Shown here one piece after another: positions 40,074 to 49,801 of a DNA stretch of 64,000 nucleotides. A model generated the notes under the pieces. The model was given only the letters and a program-made list of their open reading frames with translations. It made no database searches and had not been told where the DNA came from. Position 1 is the stretch's first letter, and the number at the start of each line of letters is the position of its first letter. The position numbers were made by a program, and so were the translations under genes. The stretch is from an uncultured Planctomycetales bacterium (GTDB lineage Bacteria; Omnitrophota; Gorgyraeia; Zapsychrales; CAYRXT01): NCBI GenBank assembly GCA_964428315.1, contig CAYRXT010000010.1, positions 3,523 to 67,522 on the forward strand, in the 5' to 3' direction.

Positions 40074-41915
40074 ATGAACATCCGATTGAAAACGTGGCTG
40101 GTTTTCCTCCTGGCTGCCATCCTCGGCGCCCTCACATGGGTCCATTTCAACCTTCCGCGGTTCTCCTTCGTGGACCTGTCCGTCAACCGGCAGGAGGCCC
40201 TGACTATAGCCAAGGACTTCCTGCGCGATTTCGCGGACGCGGACCCCGATGACTACCTTGAGGCCGTGGTGTTCGTCACCGAGGAGAACGCGGACAGGTA
40301 TCTCCAGATGACCCTGGGGATTCGCGAACAAATCCGGTTCCTCAAAGAACACGATTTTGACCTCTTTCTGTGGCTCGTGCGTTTTTACCGGCCCAACGAA
40401 AAAGAAGAATACCGGCTCACGGTCAGCGCTTCAAACGGCGAGATCACCTCTTACCATCACATCATCCCCCAATCGGCCTCCCGTCCGGTCACCGAGCGCA
40501 GCGAGGCCCAGAAAAAGATCGCCGGCTATCTCGCCGAACGTTTCGGCATCCCTTTCGAGAAATACTTCCTTAAATCCGAATTTTCCACCATCTACGACAA
40601 CCGGACGGACCATTCCTTCAGCTGGCAGAGAAAGGACGTCAACATCCCCTGGAGCGGGGAGCCCGACGCGGGGACAGCCAAACTCATCACGGGCGGCAAA
40701 ATCGCCGGCGGGGAAATCCTGGCGTTCGCCGAAAACAATCTCGAGATCCCGGAAAAGTTCAACCGGTCCCTCGACAGAGACAAGCAGATCGGCCGCGTCC
40801 TCTCGAGCGTCTTCCGGATTTTCTCGCTTCTCCTTCTGGTCGGGGCCGTCTTTATCGTTGTCTCCCGGCGGCACCACGTGGCCATGCATCTGGTCAAACG
40901 TTTCGTCATTACCCTGGCGGCCATTCTTTTTTTCCTGAATATCGCGGACTCCCTCAACATGTTTGAATCGGTAAAATTCGGATTTAGAACGACCACATCC
41001 ATCCGGTCCCAGCTTTTTCAGTATGCCGTCAATCTGCTGATCGAGTCCTTCTATCTGTCCGTCGCCGTTCTCCTGCCGGGACTCGCGGGAGAGGCCCTGC
41101 ACTTTGAACAATTTCCCCGCAAAAAGAGGGGGGCGTTCCTCCACCATATCCTTTCCACGTTCACCAGCCGGGATATGGGCCTGCGCATCGGCGTCGGCTA
41201 CCTGGCAGCGGTCATCATGCTTGGCGTGCAATCGGCCATTTTCGCATTCGGACAAAGGTATCTCGGCGTATGGACGGATTACACTTGGGTCACCCGTCTC
41301 TCGACCAGCTACTTTCCTTTTCTGGCGGCGTTCATCCTCGCCTTTGAAGCGAGTATTCTTGAAGAGATGACATACCGCCTCTTCGGCATTAGCTTGGGCA
41401 AACTGCTCTTCCGAAGGACCTTCATCGCGGTCGCGGCCGCCGCGGCGATCTGGGGATTCGGTCACACCAACTATCTGATCTTTCCCATGTGGTTCCGCGG
41501 GGTTGAGGTGACCTTAATGGGATTTTTCATCGCCTGGCTCTATCTGCGCTTCGGCCTTATCACGGTCTTGTGCACGCACTTCCTTTTCGACGCCTTTTGG
41601 ATGACGATCGGACTCTTCCTGGGGGATGCCCCGCCGTTTCATATGTATTCCTGCCTTTTCGTCCTGCTGCTGCCTTTGATCATCGCCGTTCTGGCCTGGT
41701 TCAGAAATTGTCCCGAAAAGGAAAAACCGATGCGCTGGCACCTGAATCCCCACCAGATTTTCAATCTCGGCATCCTGAAGCACTATCTAAAAACCAAGCG
41801 GGATCCGGATGGCGTCGCGGAAGAGGCCCTGCGGCAAGAACTCCAAAGCCATTACTGGGACAGGGCCGTCATTGATGAGGCCTTCAAACAGCTTGAAGCC
41901 GAAAAAGAAAACTAG
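40074..41915 (+). CDS. CPBP-family (CAAX/Abi) intramembrane metalloprotease with large N-terminal periplasmic domain
   Basis: EEMTYRLFG (EExxxR), FGHTNY (FxxxH), HFLFDAF (HxxxD) in C-terminal polytopic region. Confidence 0.7.
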   Translation: MNIRLKTWLVFLLAAILGALTWVHFNLPRFSFVDLSVNRQEALTIAKDFLRDFADADPDDYLEAVVFVTEENADRYLQMTLGIREQIRFLKEHDFDLFLWLVRFYRPNEKEEYRLTVSASNGEITSYHHIIPQSASRPVTERSEAQKKIAGYLAERFGIPFEKYFLKSEFSTIYDNRTDHSFSWQRKDVNIPWSGEPDAGTAKLITGGKIAGGEILAFAENNLEIPEKFNRSLDRDKQIGRVLSSVFRIFSLLLLVGAVFIVVSRRHHVAMHLVKRFVITLAAILFFLNIADSLNMFESVKFGFRTTTSIRSQLFQYAVNLLIESFYLSVAVLLPGLAGEALHFEQFPRKKRGAFLHHILSTFTSRDMGLRIGVGYLAAVIMLGVQSAIFAFGQRYLGVWTDYTWVTRLSTSYFPFLAAFILAFEASILEEMTYRLFGISLGKLLFRRTFIAVAAAAAIWGFGHTNYLIFPMWFRGVEVTLMGFFIAWLYLRFGLITVLCTHFLFDAFWMTIGLFLGDAPPFHMYSCLFVLLLPLIIAVLAWFRNCPEKEKPMRWHLNPHQIFNLGILKHYLKTKRDPDGVAEEALRQELQSHYWDRAVIDEAFKQLEAEKEN

Positions 41916-41957
41916 ACAATTCTGTTTAAACTAGTTAAATTTTACTATATTTCATAC

Positions 41958-41985
41958 TTGCATAATATGCCTGCTTTGTTATAAT
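41958..41985 (+). promoter_or_regulatory. sigma70-like promoter candidate for molybdoenzyme operon (TTGCAT-16-TATAAT)
   Basis: TTGCAT 41958-41963, TATAAT 41980-41985 in AT-rich intergenic. Confidence 0.4.
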
Positions 41986-42025
41986 AAACTTCACTAAATA
42001 ATTACTATTTTAACTTATTTTAACC

Positions 42026-42883
42026 ATGCTTTTAAACCCTCTCACCTATCACTCTCCCGCAACCCCGCTGGAAGCGGTTCGACTCGTTGCCGGTTTGGAA
42101 AACGTCCGCATCCTGGCAGGGGGGACGTTTCTGCTGAACAACCTGAAGATGCTGAAGAAAAGGGGGCTCAAAAGCCCGCAGAATGTTGTAAGCCTGCGCA
42201 AGATACCGGCGTTGAAGGAGATCTCGCTGGATGGGGATAGCCTGAACATCGGTTCCATGGCAACCATCAATGACCTCCTGCATTATACCGAACTACCGGA
42301 ACATCTGGGGATCCTCCGAAAGGTATGCAAAAATATATCGACCAATCCGATCCGGAACATGGCCACTGTCGGAGGCAACCTTTCCAGCCGTTACACATGG
42401 ACTGAACTGGGCGCCGTCTTCATTGCGCTCGAGGCGAAGCTGCATTTTCTCGGACCGGACGGCCGGATAGAGACCCGAAGCGTGGAGGAGTTCTTCGCCG
42501 GCGGCGCCAAGACCGGCAAACTTCTCGTTCAGGTGTCTGTCAAGCCGGACAGAGAGTGGCGGTTCGCCTATGAGCGGGTGAAAAAATTGTCGAGCGTCGA
42601 TGTCCCGATGCTGGCGCTGTGTCTGCGCGCGAAATGCGAAAATGATGCCATCCAAGATGCCCGGGTCGTCGTTAACAATGCCACCCATTTCGCGCAACGC
42701 GATACCGTTCTGGAAGACTATCTGAACGGCCGGAAGACCAGCGCATCGTTACCCGACGACGCCCTTGGACACCTGGACACGGCCATCTATGACTCGCGGA
42801 GCAGTGAATATAAACGGCATATGTTCAGGGTCTCTCTCAAGAAGGCCCTGAAGGAACTGATCAGCAGGGGAGAGGCGAAATGA
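42026..42883 (+). CDS. molybdenum hydroxylase FAD-binding (medium) subunit (CoxM/XdhB-like)
   Basis: VRILAGGTFLLNNLK, ATVGGNLS FAD-binding domain pattern. Confidence 0.8.
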   Translation: MLLNPLTYHSPATPLEAVRLVAGLENVRILAGGTFLLNNLKMLKKRGLKSPQNVVSLRKIPALKEISLDGDSLNIGSMATINDLLHYTELPEHLGILRKVCKNISTNPIRNMATVGGNLSSRYTWTELGAVFIALEAKLHFLGPDGRIETRSVEEFFAGGAKTGKLLVQVSVKPDREWRFAYERVKKLSSVDVPMLALCLRAKCENDAIQDARVVVNNATHFAQRDTVLEDYLNGRKTSASLPDDALGHLDTAIYDSRSSEYKRHMFRVSLKKALKELISRGEAK

Positions 42884-43407
42884 CCACGTTGATTATAAAT
42901 AAAAAGAAATACGAGGTTGACCTTAAAGGGCATGAGACATTACTGGAAACACTGCGGGATATCCTGGGGCTGACCGGGACCAAGACCAGCTGTCAGGAAT
43001 CGGAATGCGGCGCCTGCACGGTCAACATCGGCAACAAGGCGGTCCTCTCGTGCATCACCCTTGCAAAGGACGTGGAGGGAGAGCCCATCACGACGATCGA
43101 GGGACTGGCGCAGGGAGAAGAGCTTCATCCCATCCAAAAGGCCTTTTTGGAATACCACGCTTCCCAGTGCGGTTTCTGTACGCCGGGCATGATCATGTCG
43201 ATCAAGGCCCTTCTGGACAATACCCCCAGACCATCGCAGGAGGACATCGAGTACGCCCTGGACGGAAACATCTGCAGGTGCACGGGTTACACAAAGATAT
43301 TCGACGCTGTCCGTTGCGCCGCGGAGGAAATGCGCCCGAATGAGACCGGCTCCGACGGCGCCCCGGCACAGGAACAGGAGAAAACGGCTTTGAGCCAAAG
43401 CAAATGA
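42880..43407 (+). CDS. molybdenum hydroxylase [2Fe-2S] (small) subunit (CoxS-like)
   Basis: CQESECGACTV and CGFCTPGM...CRCTGY cysteine clusters. Confidence 0.85.
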   Translation: MTTLIINKKKYEVDLKGHETLLETLRDILGLTGTKTSCQESECGACTVNIGNKAVLSCITLAKDVEGEPITTIEGLAQGEELHPIQKAFLEYHASQCGFCTPGMIMSIKALLDNTPRPSQEDIEYALDGNICRCTGYTKIFDAVRCAAEEMRPNETGSDGAPAQEQEKTALSQSK

Positions 43408-43448
43408 CCGTGGCCTGAGATCCCGATCAACACCAGAGGAACATCTTC

Positions 43449-45791
43449 ATGATCGAAAAATCCGATAATCTTCATATCGATCCCGTCGGCAAAAGCGTCC
43501 CCAAAATCGACGGGAAGGGGCTGGTCACCGGCCAGACCAAATACGTCTTCGATGTCAGTTTGCCCAATATGCTGGTCGGCAAGATGCTGAGGTCGCCGCA
43601 CGCCCACGCGAAGATACTGAACATCGATACCTCCCGGGCCAGGGCCCTGCCGGGGGTCAAGGCCGTTGTCACCGCGCGGGACACCTACGGCATCAAATTC
43701 GGCTCCAACGAATATTTCTTTCCGCACACCGTCGACCAGGAAGCCCTGGAGACCGAAAAGGTCCGTTACATCGGAGACGAGATCGCGGCCGTCGCGGCGG
43801 TGGACGAGGAAACCGCGGATAAAGCCCTGAGACTCATCCAAGTCGAATATGAGGTTCTGCCCGCGGTCTTCGATATGGAAGAGGCCATGAAACCCGGCGC
43901 GCCGCAGATCCACAACGTGATGAACAATATCGCGGTCATCCTGCCGGTCAATTTCGGCAATCCCGACAGGAAGATGAAAGAGGCCGACTACGTGCGGGAG
44001 GACGTCTTCCATACCCAGTCGGCCGCGCACTGCTCCATGGAACCTCACGTCTGTGTCGGACAGTACGAAACCTTTTCGGACAAGATCACCCTGTGGTCTT
44101 CCTCCCAGGCGCCTTTCAAATGCCGGGAGGCCCTCGCCAAGTGTCTGAAGATGGATCTCAACGACGTGCGGGTGATCAAACTGGCCGTCGGCGGAGGTTT
44201 CGGCGGAAAGCTGGAAATGCTGCCGATGGATTTCGCCTCCGTGCTTCTCTCGCGGAAGGCCGGCGGACTGCCGGTCAAGATCACCTACAGCCGGGAAGAA
44301 GAATTTTCTTTTTCCCGACGGAAGCACGGGATGAAATACAAGATCAAGACCGGCGTCAAAAAAGACGGCACTATCGTGGCCATGAAAGGGGAGGTCATAG
44401 CCGACGGCGGGGCCTACTGCAGCTACGGACCCACGGTCATCGCCGCCGCGATCCTGAGGATCTTCATGGTTTACAGACTCCAGCATTTCCGCGTCACCGG
44501 CTACCGGGTATACACCAATAACCCCATCAGCGGCGCGATCCGCGGTTTCGGGGGCGTCCAGTCCGGATTCTCGATCGAATCGCACATGGATCTCGTGGCC
44601 CAGGGCATCGGCATGGATCCCGTCGAATTCCGGCTGAAAAACATCACCGGCCCGAACATGGTGACGGTCAACAAGATGATCCTGACAAGCAACGGCCTTA
44701 AGGAGTGCATCGACCGGGCCGTTCAGGCCAGCGGCTGGAAACAAAAACGGGGCAAGATGCGGCACCTGAGCCGGGGCATCGGCATCGGCATCGCCGCCGA
44801 CGTCATGGGTTCAAAGATGTACAAATCACACGAATCGGCCGGTTCGATCATCAAGGTGGAGGAGGACGGCTCGGTCTATTTCTTCACCGGCGCGGCCGAC
44901 ACGGGACAGGGTTCCAACACGGCGCTCTCGCAGATCGCCGCCCACGAACTCGGGGTCAGTTACAGCCGGATCCGCTGCAAATCGGGTGACACCGAGATCA
45001 CGCCTTTCGACACAGGCAGTTTCGCCAGCCGGGTCACCTTCATTTCGGGCAATGCAACCAAACGTGCGGCGGCAGACGCCAAAAAACAGATCCTTGAGGT
45101 CGTCGCCAAGGAAAACCGTCTGCCGCTCGAGGACCTCGACATCAAGGCCGAACAAGTCATTAACAAAAAAAGAAATTCTGTTATAATGAGTTTCGATAAG
45201 GCGCTGGAACTGTGCTTTTCTTTTAATTACGGACAGCAGATCATCGGCCGGGGAAGTTATAACCCCAAGACTACGCCGGTCGACTTCCGGAAGGGCGAAG
45301 GCAACGTTTCAGGCAGCTACGGTTTTGAGGCCCAGATCGCCGAGGTCGAGGTCGACAAGGAGACGGGAGAGGTCAGGGTCCTGAAGATGTGGGACGCCCA
45401 TGATATCGGCAAGGCGATCAACCCCCGCGGCGTGGAAGGCCAGATCGAAGGATCGATCGCCATGGGGATCGGTTACACGCTCTACGAAGACCTCCGGTTT
45501 CATAACGGCAAGGTCGTCAATCCGAATTTCGCGAACTACCGGGTGCCGCGTTCCCTCGGGACGTGCCCCGTGGAGACGATCCTGGTCGAGACCGACGAGC
45601 AGGAAGGCCCCTTCGGGGCCAAGGGCATGGGGGAGGCCTCGCTGCTGCCGACCTCGGCGGCCATCGCCAATGCCGTCGAAGACGCCGTCGGCTTGAGGAT
45701 CAGGGAACTTCCGATCACGCCGGACAAGATCATCCGCGCCCTCAAGGATAAAGACAAGCAGGACCTACCAAAAGGAGTGGAAGCACAATGA
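43449..45791 (+). CDS. molybdenum hydroxylase molybdopterin-binding (large) subunit, xanthine dehydrogenase/aldehyde oxidoreductase family
   Basis: 780 aa, a/b hammerhead N-terminus, RGFGGVQSGFSIE, C-terminal EGPFGAKGMGEA. Confidence 0.85.
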   Translation: MIEKSDNLHIDPVGKSVPKIDGKGLVTGQTKYVFDVSLPNMLVGKMLRSPHAHAKILNIDTSRARALPGVKAVVTARDTYGIKFGSNEYFFPHTVDQEALETEKVRYIGDEIAAVAAVDEETADKALRLIQVEYEVLPAVFDMEEAMKPGAPQIHNVMNNIAVILPVNFGNPDRKMKEADYVREDVFHTQSAAHCSMEPHVCVGQYETFSDKITLWSSSQAPFKCREALAKCLKMDLNDVRVIKLAVGGGFGGKLEMLPMDFASVLLSRKAGGLPVKITYSREEEFSFSRRKHGMKYKIKTGVKKDGTIVAMKGEVIADGGAYCSYGPTVIAAAILRIFMVYRLQHFRVTGYRVYTNNPISGAIRGFGGVQSGFSIESHMDLVAQGIGMDPVEFRLKNITGPNMVTVNKMILTSNGLKECIDRAVQASGWKQKRGKMRHLSRGIGIGIAADVMGSKMYKSHESAGSIIKVEEDGSVYFFTGAADTGQGSNTALSQIAAHELGVSYSRIRCKSGDTEITPFDTGSFASRVTFISGNATKRAAADAKKQILEVVAKENRLPLEDLDIKAEQVINKKRNSVIMSFDKALELCFSFNYGQQIIGRGSYNPKTTPVDFRKGEGNVSGSYGFEAQIAEVEVDKETGEVRVLKMWDAHDIGKAINPRGVEGQIEGSIAMGIGYTLYEDLRFHNGKVVNPNFANYRVPRSLGTCPVETILVETDEQEGPFGAKGMGEASLLPTSAAIANAVEDAVGLRIRELPITPDKIIRALKDKDKQDLPKGVEAQ

Positions 45792-46159
45792 CGAAAATCA
45801 TCTCTTTACTGATGCTGGTTGTTTTCACTTCAGCTTGCAGCCTCTATCGCGTCAATTCCGAAGACACCACCCTCGAATTTTACCCGCCCAAGGCCTCTGC
45901 CGACGAGGTGTCTTACGCGGAGAACATCAGCCGGTCATATAAGGTTATAGGCCGCGTCACGGTCAACACCGAGCGCGTCCAGGGCCGGGAAGACGTCCTC
46001 CACAAGCTGAAAAGGGAAGCGGCGATTCTCGGCGGGGATGCCATCACCAACATCTCCACCAATGCCGGCACCGGCCGATGGGTTGAGATCAAGCCAAAAT
46101 TCATGAAAAACTCCCACATCCGCCAGAATTACGTCGCCGATGTGATCGTCTATCAGTGA
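45788..46159 (+). CDS. lipoprotein, possible YbjQ/DUF74-like fold
   Basis: Signal + lipobox (VFTSAC); weak resemblance ...KLKREAAILGGDAITNIS... Confidence 0.45.
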   Translation: MTKIISLLMLVVFTSACSLYRVNSEDTTLEFYPPKASADEVSYAENISRSYKVIGRVTVNTERVQGREDVLHKLKREAAILGGDAITNISTNAGTGRWVEIKPKFMKNSHIRQNYVADVIVYQ

Positions 46160-46746
46160 TCCGTCCGGCGCCTGATGGCGTCCAGTTCCGCGGGCGTGTT
46201 GAATGTGGCGAGAAAATCCGGATTATCGACGGGAAAAATTGCTATCCGGTCGGCATGACGGTGTTCGAACACATTCAGCCCCACATCATGCGACAGGGCA
46301 AGGATTTCGTCTTTGGCCGAATGATGGAAAACCGGCGGATGTCCTTTTTTCCCGCCGCAGGCCGGGATCAGGATATAAGGTGACTCCTCCTCGAAATGTG
46401 TCAGCAGGGCGTTAATCAAAGGCGCTTCCACGCAGGGGCAATCGACGGGCATGAGCATGAACCCCCGCGCATCCGGGGAAACCACCCTCAATCCGCACTG
46501 AAAGGAGGATGTTTGACCAAGTTTATAATCTTTATTATAGACAAGATGAACCTTTTTGTGCTTTAATATATAAGATTTGACCTTTTCGTGTGAATGCCCT
46601 AGAACTACAATAATTTCACCAACTTGTGATTCAACCAGCTCTTTCTGGATATGTTCGATCACGGGGAGTTCTCCGAGCCGCGCCAGGGCCTTCGGTGAAC
46701 CAAACCGTTCGCTCATACCCGCTGCCAGAAGGACACATGAAATCAT
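46153..46746 (-). CDS. mocA: MobA-like NTP transferase, probably molybdenum cofactor cytidylyltransferase
   Basis: LLAAGMSERFGSPKAL (LAAGxSxRxGxxK); only the last 197 codons of track ORF 46153..47346 are coding. Confidence 0.7.
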   Translation of the reverse strand: MISCVLLAAGMSERFGSPKALARLGELPVIEHIQKELVESQVGEIIVVLGHSHEKVKSYILKHKKVHLVYNKDYKLGQTSSFQCGLRVVSPDARGFMLMPVDCPCVEAPLINALLTHFEEESPYILIPACGGKKGHPPVFHHSAKDEILALSHDVGLNVFEHRHADRIAIFPVDNPDFLATFNTPAELDAIRRRTDH

Positions 46747-46809
46747 AAGGCTTATTATAAATGGCCGCTCAAAAATGTCAAAAGAATAACGGACAATAAG
46801 GAGGTCGGA

Positions 46810-48297
46810 TTGGAAATCTATATCGGTGTTGTGGCCTTGGGGGCCGTTATCGCGCTGGTTCTCTTTATCAAGGAACTGTTCAAAAAACCCTCCGATCAGC
46901 CTGAAGAGGCCGAGCAGATCAAGGGCGAAGAGATCTGGAAAATGACAGAAAGACTTGAAAACAGAGAGGGCCCCAGCATACTCAACAAGCTGATGGCCGA
47001 CCAAAAAACCAGGCAGGCCCAGGAATCCGAAGAAAATACCGAAGAAACGCTTGCCCCAAAACCCGAAGAACCAGCTCCTGTCGTTGAACCCAAACCGGCA
47101 AAAAAGGAAGAACCCGGCGATGTCGAAGAGCTCGCCTCCGCTCAGTTGAAAGAGGCCGAATGGCAGGCCAAAGTGGAAGAACTCGAGGCACAGCTTAAAG
47201 AAAAAGACGATATCATCAGCAGACAGAAAAACGAGTTGAAGACCCGGGAGAAAGAGCTCGAAGAGAACGTCAAAAAGCGCAAGGATGTCAATAAAGGGAT
47301 CGACGCCCTCGAAAAGGAGATCAAGGATCTTAAAGACGCCGGCCACAAAAAAGATCTTGATTTATCCTCTGCGAAGTCTGAAACCGACAATGCCCGTAAG
47401 CGCGTGAGCCAGCTTGAAGAGAAAATCAAAAGCAACGAAAAAGACATTCGGGACAAGGAAAAGGAAATCGAGGAACTGGTCAAAAAGATGAAGGCCTTTG
47501 CCAAACCATCCCCTGAAAAGGCCTCGGCTCCGTCGTCCGAAAAAGAAATCCCCGAACCTTCTGAAGAGGCCAGCCCCGAAGAAAAGCCTCAAGAAAAACA
47601 GGAAGAGCCGCCGCAGGGAGACAAGCACACCGCCGAAGATAAACCCGTTGAAGAAAAACCGCCGGCCCAAAAGCCGGAAGCCCAAAAACCTGAGGATACG
47701 GCCGACCGGGAAGAACAAGCCGAAAAACCGCAGACCGATCAAAAACCGCCGGCCGATGAGGTCCAAAACTTGCCGCCGGATATTGAAGCTGTCCCCCAAA
47801 TAGATCTTTCCAAGCCGTCCCAGGAGAAATCTGAAGAGAAAAAAGATCAAGCGGACAGCGAAAAAACAAAAAATCAACAAGCGGACAGCGGGCAAGCGGA
47901 CACCCGGCAAGCGGACAGCGAAAAAGCGGATACCCATCAGGCGGACACCCGGCAAGCGGACAGCGAAAAAGCGGATACTCAACAAGAAGAAAAGGGAGAC
48001 ATGACACGGGAAGGCAAATCTGCGGAAGACAAATCCGGAGAACAGCCTCCGGAATCGGAACAGCTTCCGCAACAGGACCAGCCCCAAGAAAGGGAGAAAC
48101 CAGATAGCGCACTTTCCGACATCCAAAAATCACCCAGCGACAAAGAGCTGTCCTCCCAGAAAGACCTTTTGAAACGTCTCGATTCCGAAATCTCCCAGAA
48201 AGACAAAATACAGGAAGTCCCAAAAGACAAGGATGAAGGAAAAGAGGAAGAGGCAAACGGCAAAGAGGACGTTTCTGATAAAAAAAAGCAAGAATAA
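46810..48297 (+). CDS. membrane-anchored, highly acidic K/E-rich coiled-coil and tandem-repeat protein
   Basis: N-terminal TM (IGVVALGAVIALVLFI), long low-complexity region, [QK]AD[ST]x pentapeptide repeats. Confidence 0.55.
   Translation: MEIYIGVVALGAVIALVLFIKELFKKPSDQPEEAEQIKGEEIWKMTERLENREGPSILNKLMADQKTRQAQESEENTEETLAPKPEEPAPVVEPKPAKKEEPGDVEELASAQLKEAEWQAKVEELEAQLKEKDDIISRQKNELKTREKELEENVKKRKDVNKGIDALEKEIKDLKDAGHKKDLDLSSAKSETDNARKRVSQLEEKIKSNEKDIRDKEKEIEELVKKMKAFAKPSPEKASAPSSEKEIPEPSEEASPEEKPQEKQEEPPQGDKHTAEDKPVEEKPPAQKPEAQKPEDTADREEQAEKPQTDQKPPADEVQNLPPDIEAVPQIDLSKPSQEKSEEKKDQADSEKTKNQQADSGQADTRQADSEKADTHQADTRQADSEKADTQQEEKGDMTREGKSAEDKSGEQPPESEQLPQQDQPQEREKPDSALSDIQKSPSDKELSSQKDLLKRLDSEISQKDKIQEVPKDKDEGKEEEANGKEDVSDKKKQE
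47848..47990 (+). repeat. imperfect 15-nt (30-nt) tandem repeats inside CDS encoding QADSE/KADTR pentapeptides
   Basis: gcggacagcg... recurs at 47851, 47881, 47911, 47941 (30-nt phase) with gcggacaccc/gcggatac variants. Confidence 0.7.
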
Positions 48298-48312
48298 AGG
48301 ACTCGACAAACC

Positions 48313-48882
48313 ATGAAACGACTGCTTTTTTTCTTGATATTCGCATCAACTCTTTCCATTCTTAGCCTGACAGCCAGCGCACAGAGCAGGGAAAACAGAC
48401 TGGATAATCCCGTGGTAGTCCTTGAAACAAGCCAGGGGGACATCCAGATCGAGCTTTTCCCCAATGCCGCTCCCAAGGCGGTTGAAAACATGGTAGGGCT
48501 GGTGGAGAAAGGCTATTATGACGGCGTCATTTTTCACCGGGTGATCAAAGGCTTTATGATCCAAACCGGCGACCCCACAGGGACCGGCAGGGGCGGTCAA
48601 AGCCTCTGGGGCGGCACTTTCGAAGACGAATTCACCGAAGAAAACACGTTTGATGAGCCCGGCCTGGTGGCCATGGCGAACCGAGGCCCAAATACCAACA
48701 GCAGTCAATTTTTCATTACGACGGCCCCGGCACCCTGGCTGAACCAGAAACATACAATATTCGGCAAGGTCCTCAACGGATATGATGTGGTGGAAGCAAT
48801 CGAGAACATGCCGGTCGGACCTGGAGACAGGCCCTTGGAGGAACAAAAAATCATTCGGGCCTATGTCCTGGATTTGTTCTGA
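48313..48882 (+). CDS. ppiB: secreted cyclophilin-type peptidyl-prolyl cis-trans isomerase
   Basis: Signal peptide; GFMIQTGDPTGTGRGGQSLWG, NTNSSQFFITT. Confidence 0.85.
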   Translation: MKRLLFFLIFASTLSILSLTASAQSRENRLDNPVVVLETSQGDIQIELFPNAAPKAVENMVGLVEKGYYDGVIFHRVIKGFMIQTGDPTGTGRGGQSLWGGTFEDEFTEENTFDEPGLVAMANRGPNTNSSQFFITTAPAPWLNQKHTIFGKVLNGYDVVEAIENMPVGPGDRPLEEQKIIRAYVLDLF

Positions 48883-48952
48883 TTAAACCTTATTTCTGTG
48901 CCCCAAAGGGGTCTGCGACAGCCTGTTTGGTCAAATTCGACCTCCCTTTCCC

Positions 48953-49783
48953 ATGAGCGAAGTACTCCTTCAAAAAGCCTTACAAGCCGTACAAAAAGGG
49001 CACCGGTATGCCTTTGCCACAGTGGTGGAATCCACCCTGAAAGGCACACCGCGCAAAGCGGGCGCTAAAATGGTGGTTTTGGAGGACGGAACCTCCTATG
49101 GAACGATAGGAGGGGGGCGTAACGAAAAAGACGCCATTGAACAATGCCTCAAGGCCATGGCCTCCGGCCAAACCAATCTTATTACATATGACTATTTCGG
49201 GGAAAAAGGCCAATCCGTATGCGGCGGGCAGATCAAGGTCTTTATCGAACCTGAAATGCGCAAAAAGCACCTGATTATCTGCGGTGCCGGCCATATCGCC
49301 CTGCCTTTGTCTCTTTTGGGGAAAATGCTCGGTTTGAAGATAACGGTCATCGATGACCGCAAAGAACTGGCCAATAAGGAACGGTTTCCCCATGCCGACC
49401 GCATAGTCACAGGAGCTCACGCCCGGCAATTAAGCTGTCAGAAGACCGATTCCGATACCTTTATCATGGTGGTGACCCAGGGCAACGAGTATGATTACGA
49501 ATGCCTGGAAACGGCTCTCAAGACCAAGGCCTCCTATATCGGTGTCATCTCAAGCAAGGCAAAAAAGGTCAAATTCCTGGGCCGGCTCAAGAAAAAAAAG
49601 ATATCCCCAAAATCCCTGGCAAGGATCAGTATGCCGGCCGGGATCGATATAGGAGCCCAGACACCGGAAGAAATTGCCCTGTCCATTGCCTCAGAAATCG
49701 TACAGTCTCAGAACCGCGCCTGGATGGGTACGGACAAGTTTAAAGACAAATCCAAGGAAAGTGCGCGCACTGACAGCGCATGA
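48953..49783 (+). CDS. xdhC: XdhC/CoxI-family molybdoenzyme maturation factor
   Basis: YAFATVVESTLKGTPRKAGAKMVV N-domain; HLIICGAGHIALPL Rossmann-like C-domain. Confidence 0.7.
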   Translation: MSEVLLQKALQAVQKGHRYAFATVVESTLKGTPRKAGAKMVVLEDGTSYGTIGGGRNEKDAIEQCLKAMASGQTNLITYDYFGEKGQSVCGGQIKVFIEPEMRKKHLIICGAGHIALPLSLLGKMLGLKITVIDDRKELANKERFPHADRIVTGAHARQLSCQKTDSDTFIMVVTQGNEYDYECLETALKTKASYIGVISSKAKKVKFLGRLKKKKISPKSLARISMPAGIDIGAQTPEEIALSIASEIVQSQNRAWMGTDKFKDKSKESARTDSA

Positions 49784-49801
49784 GGAAAGGAGACCTCCGC
49801 A

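Noticed and set aside
40431-45155. Long minus-strand ORFs 40431-41465, 43287-44765, 44826-45155
   Set aside because: Antisense to the CPBP protease and the molybdoenzyme large subunit. Low-complexity Arg/Gly/Asp-rich translations.
46747-47346. Upstream 200 codons of track ORF 46153..47346
   Set aside because: Only the last 197 codons (from MISCVLLAAGMSERFG, start 46746) look like MobA/MocA. The rest is antisense to the 46810-48297 gene and lacks domain signatures.
47848-47990. Tandem repeats considered as a possible CRISPR array
   Set aside because: Period is 15 nt, in-frame within a CDS, with no spacer-like unique segments and no cas genes. They are coding minisatellite repeats.
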